From: Candidatus Collierbacteria bacterium UBA2277
Lineage (GTDB): Bacteria; Patescibacteriota; Microgenomatia; UBA1400; MFAQ01
Length of the DNA stretch: 64,000 nt
NCBI GenBank assembly: GCA_002347045.1
Contig: DDWV01000001.1
Coordinates: forward strand, 355,844-419,843
Reading direction: 5' to 3'
The notes under the pieces were generated by a model. It was not told where the DNA came from. It ran no database searches and saw nothing but the letters and a program-made list of their open reading frames with translations. The translations under genes were made by a program, and so were the position numbers. Of this stretch, positions 29,663 to 38,557 are shown piece by piece; position 1 is the stretch's first letter, and each line of letters starts with the position of its first letter.

Positions 29663-31441
29663 CAAGTCCGAGTTTATGACCGAGAACTCTCGATCAATAA
29701 AGTCGGATAAAATTGTTTCGGGCAGGTTCAAATAGATGTCAATCGTATTTGGTATCATTTGTCCTTCCTTTTTCTTGCCTGCTATTGAGTCTTCCTTAGT
29801 CTTTGGCCTTGAATGAACAACTACTTGATAAACAAGGTCGTGTATGAGGTCGTACAAAGCCTTCTGATCTGCCACCCTACCTTCTATCACCTCTTTATAT
29901 CTTTCTCTGTACTGATTAAGTCCGAGTTCGTAATCTTCTGATAAATATGATTGACTGATGCTGTAGTCAATTTCCTTTATTTTTTCTTGATACTCGCTGG
30001 CCTTTAGATTAAGTTCGGCTAGTTTCTCTTTTAGGGTATCTGTATCTATTATCATTAGCACAGCATGTTGATCTTGATAACCTTTTTTACGACCTGGTAT
30101 GCCATTGAGGAGGTCTATATAGTGTTGTCGTCTTACTTCCAGATCAGCCAGTACCTCACTTTCAAGTTTCTTTGATCTAAGATTTCTGGAATACTCGTAA
30201 ACATGTCTAGGGTCTTTTAGAAGTTCTTTTACGAACTCAACAACATAGTTTTCAAGAGCTTCGGCTGGAATGGGTATGGTGGGACAGGTCTCACTATTTT
30301 TTGTGTCATTCTTACGATTACATTGATAATAGTAGGAAAACTTGTGGGGTGAGTTTGTGAGTTTCTTCTTTACGCCTGTCCATGTTGAATACTTTTCATT
30401 TTCGTTTACATCTCGTTTGCAATGGTCGCATTTGAGAAGTGAAGACAATAGATAGAGATGGTCGTTTTCTTCTTTCTTTTTATTTAGATTTTTTCTATCC
30501 GCTATTTGCTTTACGTATGTTTGAGAGATTTCAAATATGTGGAGAGGAATAATTGGTTTATGCCTGTAGGGTGAAAGTTTCCAATCTTGCTTGGGTAACA
30601 GCTTTCCATAATGTGATTTGTTGTAGTAGTAGAAACCTGTGTAAATCTCATCGGAGAGAATATCTCTGATCTGACCTGACATCCAAAAGTTGTTAGGATT
30701 GAGTTTGTGAACTTCACCTTTTCGTTTGCCATACTTTACAGCAGATACCTCTGGGCTTAGTATGTTATCTTCTGCTAGTTTGTTAGCGATTATTTGATAG
30801 CTCAATCTATCAAGAACGAACGTCTTGTAAATTCTTTTGACTATTTCTGCCTCTGCTTTCAATATGGCGATTTTGCCTTCTTTGTCTTTGATGTAGCCAT
30901 AAGGCGGATGAGTTCCCATGAACTTACCTTGTGATACAGCCGCCTCCTTACCCTTTGAAGTTCTTTCTTTAATTGTTTCAAGTTCAAGCTCCGCAATGAC
31001 TCCTAATATGCCCAACATGGCTCTTCCAAAAGGTGATGAAGTGTCAATACTTTCGGTAGCAGAAATGAACTCTAGTTTGTGCTTTTTGAATAGGTCGAGA
31101 ACTTCGAGTAAGATTTTTAGCTTACGAGCAAACCTGTCAATTCTGTAAACAGCGATAACATCGAAGGGCAAACCATCTTCTGAGTTGCTTATGTCCTCAA
31201 TGATTCTTGAAAAGGCAGGTCTCTCATTTAGGTTCACCACTCCGCTGACCCCATCGTCTGAGTAAATGTAGTTTTTGTCTGCGAGAACCATAGCTGGACG
31301 ACCATCTTTGAGCAATCCCCTGGACTTGATCGCCGCCTCGATCGTGCTTCTTTGAGCGTCTAAGCCATACTTTTCAACCTGTTCATCAGTTGAGACTCTG
31401 AGGTAGATTGCTACCCTGAGCTGTTTCTCGTCATTATCCAT
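29660..31441 (-). mobile_element. large serine recombinase / integrase CDS (resolvase-like catalytic domain, recombinase domain, zinc ribbon); its stop codon overlaps the 3' end of tRNA-Glu
   Basis: 593 aa. N-terminus VAIYLRVSTDEQ with the catalytic Ser. Large C-terminal extension with a Cys cluster (CDHC...C). TGA stop at 29660-29662 overlaps the last 3 nt of the tRNA. Confidence 0.9.
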
Positions 31442-31651
31442 TTATCTATATTTCTCTAATAAGTTCTCGGTAATCAATCTCTATTTAATCATAATAATTG
31501 TTTTCAGGCTAATTGGTAGAGAATGGGCAGGAACACTACCGAGTGACTGAGGAGAGTACGTGACAAGCCTGCCTGGCTGTTTTTGTGTGTTTTGATGAGT
31601 CATAAAATGCCAAAACCGTGCCTATTTGTTCCTATGTATTAGACCTATAAC

Positions 31652-31680
31652 TTGACAAATGTTGTTTTGTGTGGTATTAT
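31652..31680 (+). promoter_or_regulatory. consensus sigma70-type promoter: TTGACA (31652-31657), 17-nt spacer, TATTAT (31675-31680)
   Basis: Read directly from the sequence. Lies about 55 nt upstream of the AGGAGG SD (31729-31734) and the ATG at 31740. Confidence 0.6.
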
Positions 31681-31739
31681 ATGACAGTTCTTTGAATCAA
31701 CTAATCCGTCCAATTCAGCTCAAACCAAAGGAGGCTATC

Positions 31740-32099
31740 ATGCCTAAGAACGATAAAATGATCGGTTTGTCTCTCTCTCTCTGCGTTTCCCAGATTGCTC
31801 GTGGGGAAGTGAAAGAAGAAGATGTCGAGAAGATCATCGCCGCCACCAATGCCCCCGACCTCGCCACTTTCGAAGAAGTTATCGCCAGCTACTGCGAAAC
31901 CTACTGGCACGACTACCCCGAAAAGGCTCGCGAGATCGCGATGCGTTTCTGGAACAATGGCAATGTTGATCAGCCTCGCACCCGCGGCGAAGATTGCCAC
32001 TATATCGGCGCAGGCAAATGGATGGATCACGAACAAAACACCTTCCACTATGTGGACGGCAAGCGGCAGTATTCAGGCGAGAAGTTACGCGCCTGGTAA
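31740..32099 (+). CDS. hypothetical protein encoded by a compositionally alien (GC-rich) gene
   Basis: I prefer the internal start MPKNDKMIGLS... (120 aa), which has a perfect AGGAGG SD 6 nt upstream; the ORF track begins at 31659. Local GC is ~53% against ~30-37% in the flanks (counted on two 60-nt lines). No family recognised. Confidence 0.5.
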   Translation: MPKNDKMIGLSLSLCVSQIARGEVKEEDVEKIIAATNAPDLATFEEVIASYCETYWHDYPEKAREIAMRFWNNGNVDQPRTRGEDCHYIGAGKWMDHEQNTFHYVDGKRQYSGEKLRAW

Positions 32100-32103
32100 C
32101 CAT

Positions 32104-32149
32104 CCCCCCAAGTAAGGAGAAATCTCCTCGCAAGGGGGGATTTTCTTTT
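32104..32149 (+). terminator. intrinsic terminator: CCCCCC...GGGGGG outer stem with inner GGAGA/TCTCC hairpin, then ATTTTCTTTT
   Basis: Starts 5 nt after the TAA of the GC-rich gene. The T-tract is on the + strand only. Confidence 0.6.
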
Positions 32150-32154
32150 GTCTG

Positions 32155-32586
32155 CTATTGATTGCTATTATTTGTTTTTATCCTTAGCTCACCTTCGAGT
32201 TTTTCTATGTGCTGTTTGAGATCAAGGTTGCCTGTGTTCATCATTTTGGAGTTTCTCTTTTGGGCTTTGTCAATTAAGGCTAGAGAAATAGCTTTGATGG
32301 CGAGATTGATGTACATGGCGATTACACTGGCCGTTTTATTGCTTGTATTATTTGCCCTAACATCATTTATCACCTGTTCAATTAAGTAAACTATATCTTC
32401 GTTGTTTCTGAGAATAATAGGCTCTTGGTCTGCATAACTTCTTTTAAGACTTTTGCCTCCGTTCATTACTGCCTCTAGGTGTTTATCTTTGTGCTTCTCG
32501 GAATGAGAGAAGCAAAACTCGTCATCTTTGACGGCGTAAGCATTACACTGACTGCCGTCTGGTTTGATAAAGTTACATGTTTTCAT
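32155..32586 (-). CDS. hypothetical protein with N-terminal Cys-rich (zinc-ribbon-like) segment
   Basis: 143 aa. C4, C14 and C25 followed by SH, then a charged helical region. Island cargo. Confidence 0.45.
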   Translation of the reverse strand: MKTCNFIKPDGSQCNAYAVKDDEFCFSHSEKHKDKHLEAVMNGGKSLKRSYADQEPIILRNNEDIVYLIEQVINDVRANNTSNKTASVIAMYINLAIKAISLALIDKAQKRNSKMMNTGNLDLKQHIEKLEGELRIKTNNSNQ

Positions 32587-32625
32587 ATTTGTTTGGTTAG
32601 ATAAGCTAGTGGGGTTGTTAATAAC

Positions 32626-32662
32626 AAAAAACCCAGATTATACAACTATGTAGCCTGGGTTA
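32626..32662 (-). terminator. intrinsic terminator on the minus strand (AACCCAG...CTGGGTT stem, then UUUUUUG on minus-strand RNA)
   Basis: Sits between the 32787..33119 gene and the 32155..32586 gene. Confidence 0.5.
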
Positions 32663-32786
32663 TCTCTCTATCGGCAATCGCTTGCCCCTCTTAGTTTCTC
32701 GTTTAATTACTAAGATTCGGATTGTTTAGCAAACAATCAAAAGTAACTTGTTAATAATTTCAGTTTAGCCCATTTATCCAGCTCAA

Positions 32787-33119
32787 TCAAATATCAATCG
32801 ACGGATTTCCATTCTGTTTCTCGATTTTCTTGCCTCTAATTTCCATGTGGATTTTATGTAGAAGTGAAAATCCTAAGTCCATTGTGGACATGAACTTTAC
32901 ACTGAGTTGTTTGACTGGACTCTGAGGAGTATCGAAGTTAATTACTTTTGTGTTAGGGTGTTCGAGAATAGTACCAGGCTTGACAAGCTGTCGTATAACG
33001 TCCTTTAGTAGAGGTAAGTCTTCGATTGATTGTTTTGCTTGTGGAGATTTTGTCCTGTTTGCCATGGCTGATTCTTCCAAGCCCTTTAAGAAGGTTTTCA
33101 ATTTCTCGTTGTCGTTCAT
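32787..33119 (-). CDS. hypothetical protein
   Basis: 110-aa ORF. No motif recognised. Island cargo. Confidence 0.4.
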   Translation of the reverse strand: MNDNEKLKTFLKGLEESAMANRTKSPQAKQSIEDLPLLKDVIRQLVKPGTILEHPNTKVINFDTPQSPVKQLSVKFMSTMDLGFSLLHKIHMEIRGKKIEKQNGNPSIDI

Positions 33120-33249
33120 TCTTACCTATTCTAACAATCTTGCTGTCTATTTGCTTGTGGGTGAATACGAGCATGAACTTATTCGAGTTGTTGAGAGTGA
33201 CTATCTTTTTGTCGGGGAGTTCCTGGTCATAAATGCGATCTGACACTTT

Positions 33250-33840
33250 GTGAATTTTCGCTCTCGTCAGGATACATGCTATCATTTTATGGTGAGACCC
33301 GATAATGACAACCCAAATTTGAATTTCGAAATAATTCAACTTCCAGTATCTGACTGGAGGAAATATAAATCTCTTCGGCTTGAAGCTTTGAAAACCGACC
33401 AACAAGCTTTTGCAAAGACATATGATGATGAAGCTACATATCCTGATGAAAAATGGATAGAAAGAATTGAACGAACTAAAAGTGGAGATGCCTGGATGTA
33501 CTTTGCCAAAGATACGGATACTGATGAGCTTGTAGGGATGATTGGAGGATATAGAGATGAAGAGAACCGAGCAAAGCACTCAGCCCAAATCTGGGGAGTA
33601 TATGTTCACCCTTCTCGTAGAGGAAAGGGATTATCTAGTTTATTAATGAGTAGAATTTTGACTGAGTTTGAGAAAAATGAAGATATTGCAAAAGCTGTAT
33701 TGGAAGTAAATGTAGATCAGCCTTCGGCAATGAAACTTTATGAAAAGTTTGGCTTTTCTGTAATAAATAGATTTACCTGCACACTCGGGGATGGAAAAAA
33801 GCATGAAGTGTGTATTATGGAAAAAGAGTTGAAACGATAA
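33250..33840 (+). CDS. GNAT family N-acetyltransferase
   Basis: 196 aa. Acetyl-CoA pocket motif RRGKGLSSLLMSRIL. Typical GNAT length. The true start may be an internal Met. Confidence 0.75.
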   Translation: MNFRSRQDTCYHFMVRPDNDNPNLNFEIIQLPVSDWRKYKSLRLEALKTDQQAFAKTYDDEATYPDEKWIERIERTKSGDAWMYFAKDTDTDELVGMIGGYRDEENRAKHSAQIWGVYVHPSRRGKGLSSLLMSRILTEFEKNEDIAKAVLEVNVDQPSAMKLYEKFGFSVINRFTCTLGDGKKHEVCIMEKELKR

Positions 33841-33848
33841 TTCTGTTT

Positions 33849-34379
33849 TTATCGGTGATTGGACAAATATTGCGAAAGTTGTCTGATTGGAGATTCAGTA
33901 TTATTTAGATCTTTATATATTACCCCACTTGCATTTGCTTCTTTGAATTTCTTGTTTGCTCTCATATCTGTAGAAAATCCAAATACTTTTCCCGGAAATT
34001 CTTTTTGATTAAGAATCTTTACTAAATCTGACCCCTTAATACCATTTGCCAAATTGTAATCAATTAAAACAGCATCAGGATTTGTTTTAATTAATTCATC
34101 AATTATTTCTTCTATTGTCTGACCTTGATGATAAATGAATGTAGCTTTGCCGTTGGTTTCGACGAGTAATCTTGGAACAAATGTTCCAAAAACAATCTCT
34201 TGATCATCTATCATCGTAATTTTTTTGTCTCTTAGATTTTCTGTACCAACAAGGGGAATTGGTAGAGTGTCTATAAAAGCATATTCTCCCTGAATTGTTT
34301 TTAAAATTGATTTGGCTTCTTTAAATAAATCTTTCTGCTCATCATTTTGGGGGTTTTCAATTATTTCTGAATAGTCCAT
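33849..34379 (-). CDS. CheY-like receiver-domain protein (orphan, N-terminal ~50-aa extension)
   Basis: 176 aa. KKITMIDDQ...(acidic pocket), AVLIDYNLANG (phospho-acceptor Asp position), FSTD (S/T), YKD (Lys). This pattern is consistent with a receiver fold. Confidence 0.45.
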   Translation of the reverse strand: MDYSEIIENPQNDEQKDLFKEAKSILKTIQGEYAFIDTLPIPLVGTENLRDKKITMIDDQEIVFGTFVPRLLVETNGKATFIYHQGQTIEEIIDELIKTNPDAVLIDYNLANGIKGSDLVKILNQKEFPGKVFGFSTDMRANKKFKEANASGVIYKDLNNTESPIRQLSQYLSNHR

Positions 34380-34551
34380 GTTTTTATCATACAGTATTCA
34401 TAATATTTGTTGAACAATTTTCTGCACTGAGATTAATTCACAAACTATTTGGTTCAGGTTTTGTATACTTGGGGTCACCTCAAAGAAGTGGGTTTGGTCA
34501 TCTCACAGATTGATTGAGAAAAATATTTTGTATTTCATTTGGAGATAAATC

Positions 34552-35298
34552 TTATGTTTTTTTATTGAGCCTAATTTCCAAATCTTCTAAAAATCTTGTA
34601 TATAGTTTAGTTTCGGAAACTATATTCCTTGCCGTGAAATCAGGATACAATCTCCATTGATCAAAGTAAGAAGAAAAGTCAAAGAGCGTAGGTTTGTCTC
34701 CCTCAATAATGACGTTGTTTAACTTCCAAAACCTTTTTCCATCAATAATCTTTTCTCGAAGATAAAGATCTGGTGCCCAACCTTCTTGTTTAATTAATCT
34801 GATAACTCCGAAGGCTAATTCAGCAAACTCCCTTTTTGTTTTTGACGAAAGGGTTTCGGTATCAATTAAATCAGCTTCTTTCCCCATCAATCTTGATTGT
34901 CTGATTGTATTTATTAACCCTTTGTCGGTATAGATTCTCTCAAAAGTACTATCAAGAATAAACTTATCAAGATATTCTTTACATAAATTGTACGAAGATA
35001 TTGTCTTCTCTAAATAATTCTCAGTATTGACCTCTTTGAATGCGCCTGAAGGAACTTTAATTATTTCATCTTCGTTAGGTAATGAATATGCTGCCCATTC
35101 CCAACCAGAACCAATTAGCTTTGAACCAGAAATATATGAAAGGCTTTGGGGAGGAGAGGGTCTTTTGTATGCAATACTCTTGAATTGTTTTTCCAATCTA
35201 TTTATTTCAGATGAAAGTTCTGCTTCAGAAGCTCCTCTTGTCAAAAGATCTTCCATAAGCCAATGTTTATTATTTGAAGCCCTTATTGTACGGTTCAT
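34552..35298 (-). CDS. hypothetical protein with protein-kinase-like motifs (RIO/Kdo-kinase/APH-like small kinase fold?)
   Basis: 248 aa. Gly-rich loop-like IGSGWEWAAYSL followed by IIKVP (VAIK-like). DFG-like KPTLFDFSSY. No canonical HRD. Overlaps the HAD gene by 4 nt, which suggests an operon. Confidence 0.4.
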   Translation of the reverse strand: MNRTIRASNNKHWLMEDLLTRGASEAELSSEINRLEKQFKSIAYKRPSPPQSLSYISGSKLIGSGWEWAAYSLPNEDEIIKVPSGAFKEVNTENYLEKTISSYNLCKEYLDKFILDSTFERIYTDKGLINTIRQSRLMGKEADLIDTETLSSKTKREFAELAFGVIRLIKQEGWAPDLYLREKIIDGKRFWKLNNVIIEGDKPTLFDFSSYFDQWRLYPDFTARNIVSETKLYTRFLEDLEIRLNKKT

Positions 35299-35903
35299 AT
35301 CCTTACTGAAACTCCCCTTAATTGCTCTAAGTATATTTCAAATCCTTGAAACAGAAAGGTTGTGATTCCTACAGCTTTTGCACCTGCAAGATTTTCAGAG
35401 TTATCATCGGCAAAAATAATTGATTTAGGATCAACCCCTGACTTATTGACAAGAGCAGTAAAAATCTTCTCGCTTGGTTTACTTTCACCAACTTGAAAGG
35501 AGAAAATTGAAAAATCAAAATCTTTTAAGAAACCAAACTTTTCTTGAAGTCCATTCACTCTTGCCGGAAAATTGTTGGAACAAATAGCAGTTTTATATCC
35601 CACCTCACGAAGTTTTCTAACTGTTGAAACGACATTTTCGTCGACTTCGTATCCATCGATTAGTGTCTTCACTAATTCATGCCATGATGAATCAAGTTTC
35701 CATTCTGAGATAGCCCAAGTCCAAAATTCTTCATCTGTCATTTTTCCATTCTTGTAGTCTTGGTTCATCTGGGGAGACTTCAAGAACACTCTCTTGGCTT
35801 CGTTTTCACTAACACCAAAATTTTCTATGGATTTTATAAAATTCGCTTTTCCGTTGGGAAAATATACTCCGTCAAGGTCGAAAGTGATTACTTTTATGTC
35901 CAT
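35295..35903 (-). CDS. HAD-superfamily hydrolase (subfamily IA-like)
   Basis: 202 aa. Motif I ITFDLDGVYF. Conserved S/T and K motifs. Motif IV FADDNSENL. Confidence 0.8.
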   Translation of the reverse strand: MDIKVITFDLDGVYFPNGKANFIKSIENFGVSENEAKRVFLKSPQMNQDYKNGKMTDEEFWTWAISEWKLDSSWHELVKTLIDGYEVDENVVSTVRKLREVGYKTAICSNNFPARVNGLQEKFGFLKDFDFSIFSFQVGESKPSEKIFTALVNKSGVDPKSIIFADDNSENLAGAKAVGITTFLFQGFEIYLEQLRGVSVRI

Positions 35904-36146
35904 TCTTAATATTTCTCTTTTCTTAAATACTTATATAATTGAAGTATAACAATGTTGTAAGTTTGAAAACAAACAAGACTCGATTATGATCCTCGTTTTA
36001 TAACTGGTTCCTTGGTATTTCACAGCCTTACAGTCTTTTTGTCTGATTGCAACGATAGTTTGTTTTCCAACTATTTAACCGTACGAAATATTGGTTTTAC
36101 CCCTTGTCACAAATTGTTCCGTTTCAGCATACCCAGGATCACATTT

Positions 36147-36581
36147 TTAGTAGGTTTGAGCGCTTGCGGTTGCCATAAATCTACCAATAGAGATCGATTG
36201 AGCTGTTAGAGCACCATTTGTAGTGTTCCCAATTATCATTACTTCTAAACCAACTTTTAAATCATCTGTTGTACCCTCTGAGGTAATATTTATCTTTGTG
36301 TCTCGAGATAAAAGAATAATATTGTTACTACCGTTATTCCCCTGAACAGTAATACTGTTGTCATCTATGCTGATAACATTCCCTTCCATCGGTACTCCGT
36401 TTCGCGAGTTTCCATTTTTTATACTTGTTCCACTCTGAATTGGGACTCCGTTTCCTTGACGACTGGTTAAACTTTGCGGAAAATTTACTTTCTTCGATTT
36501 CTGAAACGTGGTTCCAGCAAAGAAACCAGAAGAAAAAACTAAAACCCCAACGACTATGGAAAGAAATATGTTGTTTTTCAT
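36147..36581 (-). CDS. hypothetical secreted/membrane-anchored Asn/Gly/Ser-rich protein
   Basis: 144 aa. N-terminal hydrophobic segment. Last gene of the TCS-ABC operon on the minus strand. Confidence 0.45.
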   Translation of the reverse strand: MKNNIFLSIVVGVLVFSSGFFAGTTFQKSKKVNFPQSLTSRQGNGVPIQSGTSIKNGNSRNGVPMEGNVISIDDNSITVQGNNGSNNIILLSRDTKINITSEGTTDDLKVGLEVMIIGNTTNGALTAQSISIGRFMATASAQTY

Positions 36582-36621
36582 GAGTGTATTTATATATTGA
36601 TAACCTGATTATTGGCTTAAT

Positions 36622-37884
36622 TTACTCGTACCTTAAGGCTTCAATAGGTTGAAGGCTGGCTGCGCGTCTAGCAGGATACCAACCAAAGAGAATGCCTATG
36701 GCCGCAGAAACAACAAAAGCAAGAATTATGGAGATGGGGGAAATGTAAAAAGTGGACGAATTTATTTTTGAATAAATAAGTGATGCAATTATTCCCAGGA
36801 AGATACCAAGAATACCTCCTATAAAGGTAAGAATTACTGACTCGGTGAGAAATTGGGTGATGATAGTTTTTTTCTTGGCACCAAGGGCTTTCCTTAGACC
36901 AATTTCACGGGTTCTCTCTGTAACAGTAACCAGCATAATATTCATAATGCCAATTCCCCCAACAAGAAGTGAAATGGCAGCAATACCGGTCAAAAGGGAA
37001 GTAAACGTGCCTGTAACTGATGAAGCAGTACTTAAGATATCGTTTTGAGACATGATGGTGAAGTCTGCTTTGGACGGATCGGAAAGATTGTGTCGATCCA
37101 GTAAAAGGAAACCTATTTCATTTCTAGCCTCATCCATTAACTCAGCACTATTTGCCTCGATGGCTATTGAGGAAAGGTGCTTAGCGCCAAAAAGGAGCTT
37201 TTGTGCGGTGGTTAATGGTACATAAACGCAATCGTCTTGACTACCCAAACCAGAGCCACCTTTCGATTTAGTAATGCCAATAATGGTGAAATTTTGCAAT
37301 CCAATTCTTATTGACTGACCTATTGGGTCAACGTTTTCTCCGAACAAATCAACTACCGTTGTTGGGCCGAGAACTGCTACTCTGGCCGTTGAAGATACGT
37401 CTTTGTCTGATATAAAAGCGCCACTTGATAAAGTTACATTGTGGACCGCCATGTAGGTTGAAGTGGCTCCGATGATAGAAGTATTGGTGTTGTTTTTGCC
37501 CGTAACTACCTGTAAACGTCCGGTATATTCTGGTGAAACTGTTTTTACGGTGGTGATTTTTGTTGATGTTTTGATTGCGGTCGCGTCGGCGTTTGTAAGA
37601 GTGGTTCCTCCGCCTGATGTTCGTACCATACCGGAATTTCCGCGCATGGGTGATATGGTTAATAAATTTGAACCAAGAGACTGAATTTGAGAAGTAATTG
37701 ATTGTTGACTTGACTGCCCGAGGGAAACAAGGGCAATGACGGAGCCAATACCGATGACAATGCCGAGAACAGCTAGTCCAGTACGCATTTTGTTAAGCTT
37801 TAAAGTGCCGAAACTTTCTAAAATTTGTTCTGTAAATTGCATGTTATTTTTTGTGTCGAGTTTGGGTGTGATTTTTTGTGTCAC
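36622..37884 (-). CDS. ABC transporter permease, FtsX/MacB-type
   Basis: 420 aa. Paralogous to 17079..18290 (ends ...SLQPIEALRYE). Confidence 0.85.
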   Translation of the reverse strand: MTQKITPKLDTKNNMQFTEQILESFGTLKLNKMRTGLAVLGIVIGIGSVIALVSLGQSSQQSITSQIQSLGSNLLTISPMRGNSGMVRTSGGGTTLTNADATAIKTSTKITTVKTVSPEYTGRLQVVTGKNNTNTSIIGATSTYMAVHNVTLSSGAFISDKDVSSTARVAVLGPTTVVDLFGENVDPIGQSIRIGLQNFTIIGITKSKGGSGLGSQDDCVYVPLTTAQKLLFGAKHLSSIAIEANSAELMDEARNEIGFLLLDRHNLSDPSKADFTIMSQNDILSTASSVTGTFTSLLTGIAAISLLVGGIGIMNIMLVTVTERTREIGLRKALGAKKKTIITQFLTESVILTFIGGILGIFLGIIASLIYSKINSSTFYISPISIILAFVVSAAIGILFGWYPARRAASLQPIEALRYE

Positions 37885-38554
37885 TTACTATTTTTCCGTC
37901 TTTGATCTGGATAATCCTCTTTGCATGTTCTGCAATGTCTAGTTCATGAGTAATCATGACCACAGTGTGCCCCTTGTCGTTTAGATCTTGAAAAATATTC
38001 ATTATCTCTTCAGCTTGAATTGAAGCAATGTTTCCGGTAGGTTCATCCGCGAGAATTAAGGCAGGGTCCATAGCTAGGGATCTAGCTATAGCAACCCGTT
38101 GTTGTTGTCCTCCTGAAATTTGATTACTGGTGTGAAGCATTCGATCCGAAAGACCAACCATTGTAAGAAGTTTTTTTGCTTTTTTCTCTCTTTTTTCCTT
38201 GGACACACTTCCATAAACCATGGGTAACATGACATTTTTTAGACAAGTGGTTCTGGGCAATAGATTGAAAGCCTGAAAAATGAAACCTATTTTCCTGTTT
38301 CTTATATCACTTAATTCGTCATCGTTAAGTTTCTCGACATTTTCTCCGTCGAGAATGTAGATTCCTTTTGTTGGTTTGTCGAGAGCACCTAGAATGTGCA
38401 TAAGAGTTGATTTTCCTGAACCGGAAGGACCCATGATGGCGACAAACTCACCTCTATTTATTTTGAAGGAGACATTATCAAGTGCGGTTGTCTCCAATAT
38501 ATCAGTCTTGTAGATCTTGGAGAGGTTTGTTACCTCGATAATGGCATTAGTCAT
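37844..38554 (-). CDS. ABC transporter ATP-binding protein (MacB/LolD-like)
   Basis: 236 aa. [35 protein letters not shown]. Confidence 0.9.
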   Translation of the reverse strand: MTNAIIEVTNLSKIYKTDILETTALDNVSFKINRGEFVAIMGPSGSGKSTLMHILGALDKPTKGIYILDGENVEKLNDDELSDIRNRKIGFIFQAFNLLPRTTCLKNVMLPMVYGSVSKEKREKKAKKLLTMVGLSDRMLHTSNQISGGQQQRVAIARSLAMDPALILADEPTGNIASIQAEEIMNIFQDLNDKGHTVVMITHELDIAEHAKRIIQIKDGKIVSDTKNHTQTRHKK

Positions 38555-38557
38555 ATT

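Noticed and set aside
29436-29663. 75-aa minus-strand ORF
   Set aside because: It lies entirely over the tRNA-Glu gene and its upstream region and is the antisense translation of a structural RNA, so it is spurious.
31701-32133. Several overlapping ORFs (31701-32048 minus, 31822-32115 plus, 31879-32133 minus) in the GC-rich segment
   Set aside because: GC-rich DNA is open in many frames. Only the 31740-32099 plus frame has a promoter, SD and terminator and a protein-like composition. The others are Arg/Pro/Ser-rich nonsense.
32953-33579. 208-aa minus-strand ORF
   Set aside because: Its upstream half is antisense to the well-supported GNAT gene (33250-33840). Its downstream part is an alternative frame of the 110-aa ORF. 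The composition is low-complexity I/F/S/K typical of spurious AT-rich ORFs.
36131-36143. 13-nt partial repeat of the tRNA-Glu 3' end as a firm attR
   Set aside because: Only 8 contiguous identical bases. That is expected by chance in a 64-kb window, so I keep it only as a weak boundary hint inside the island finding.
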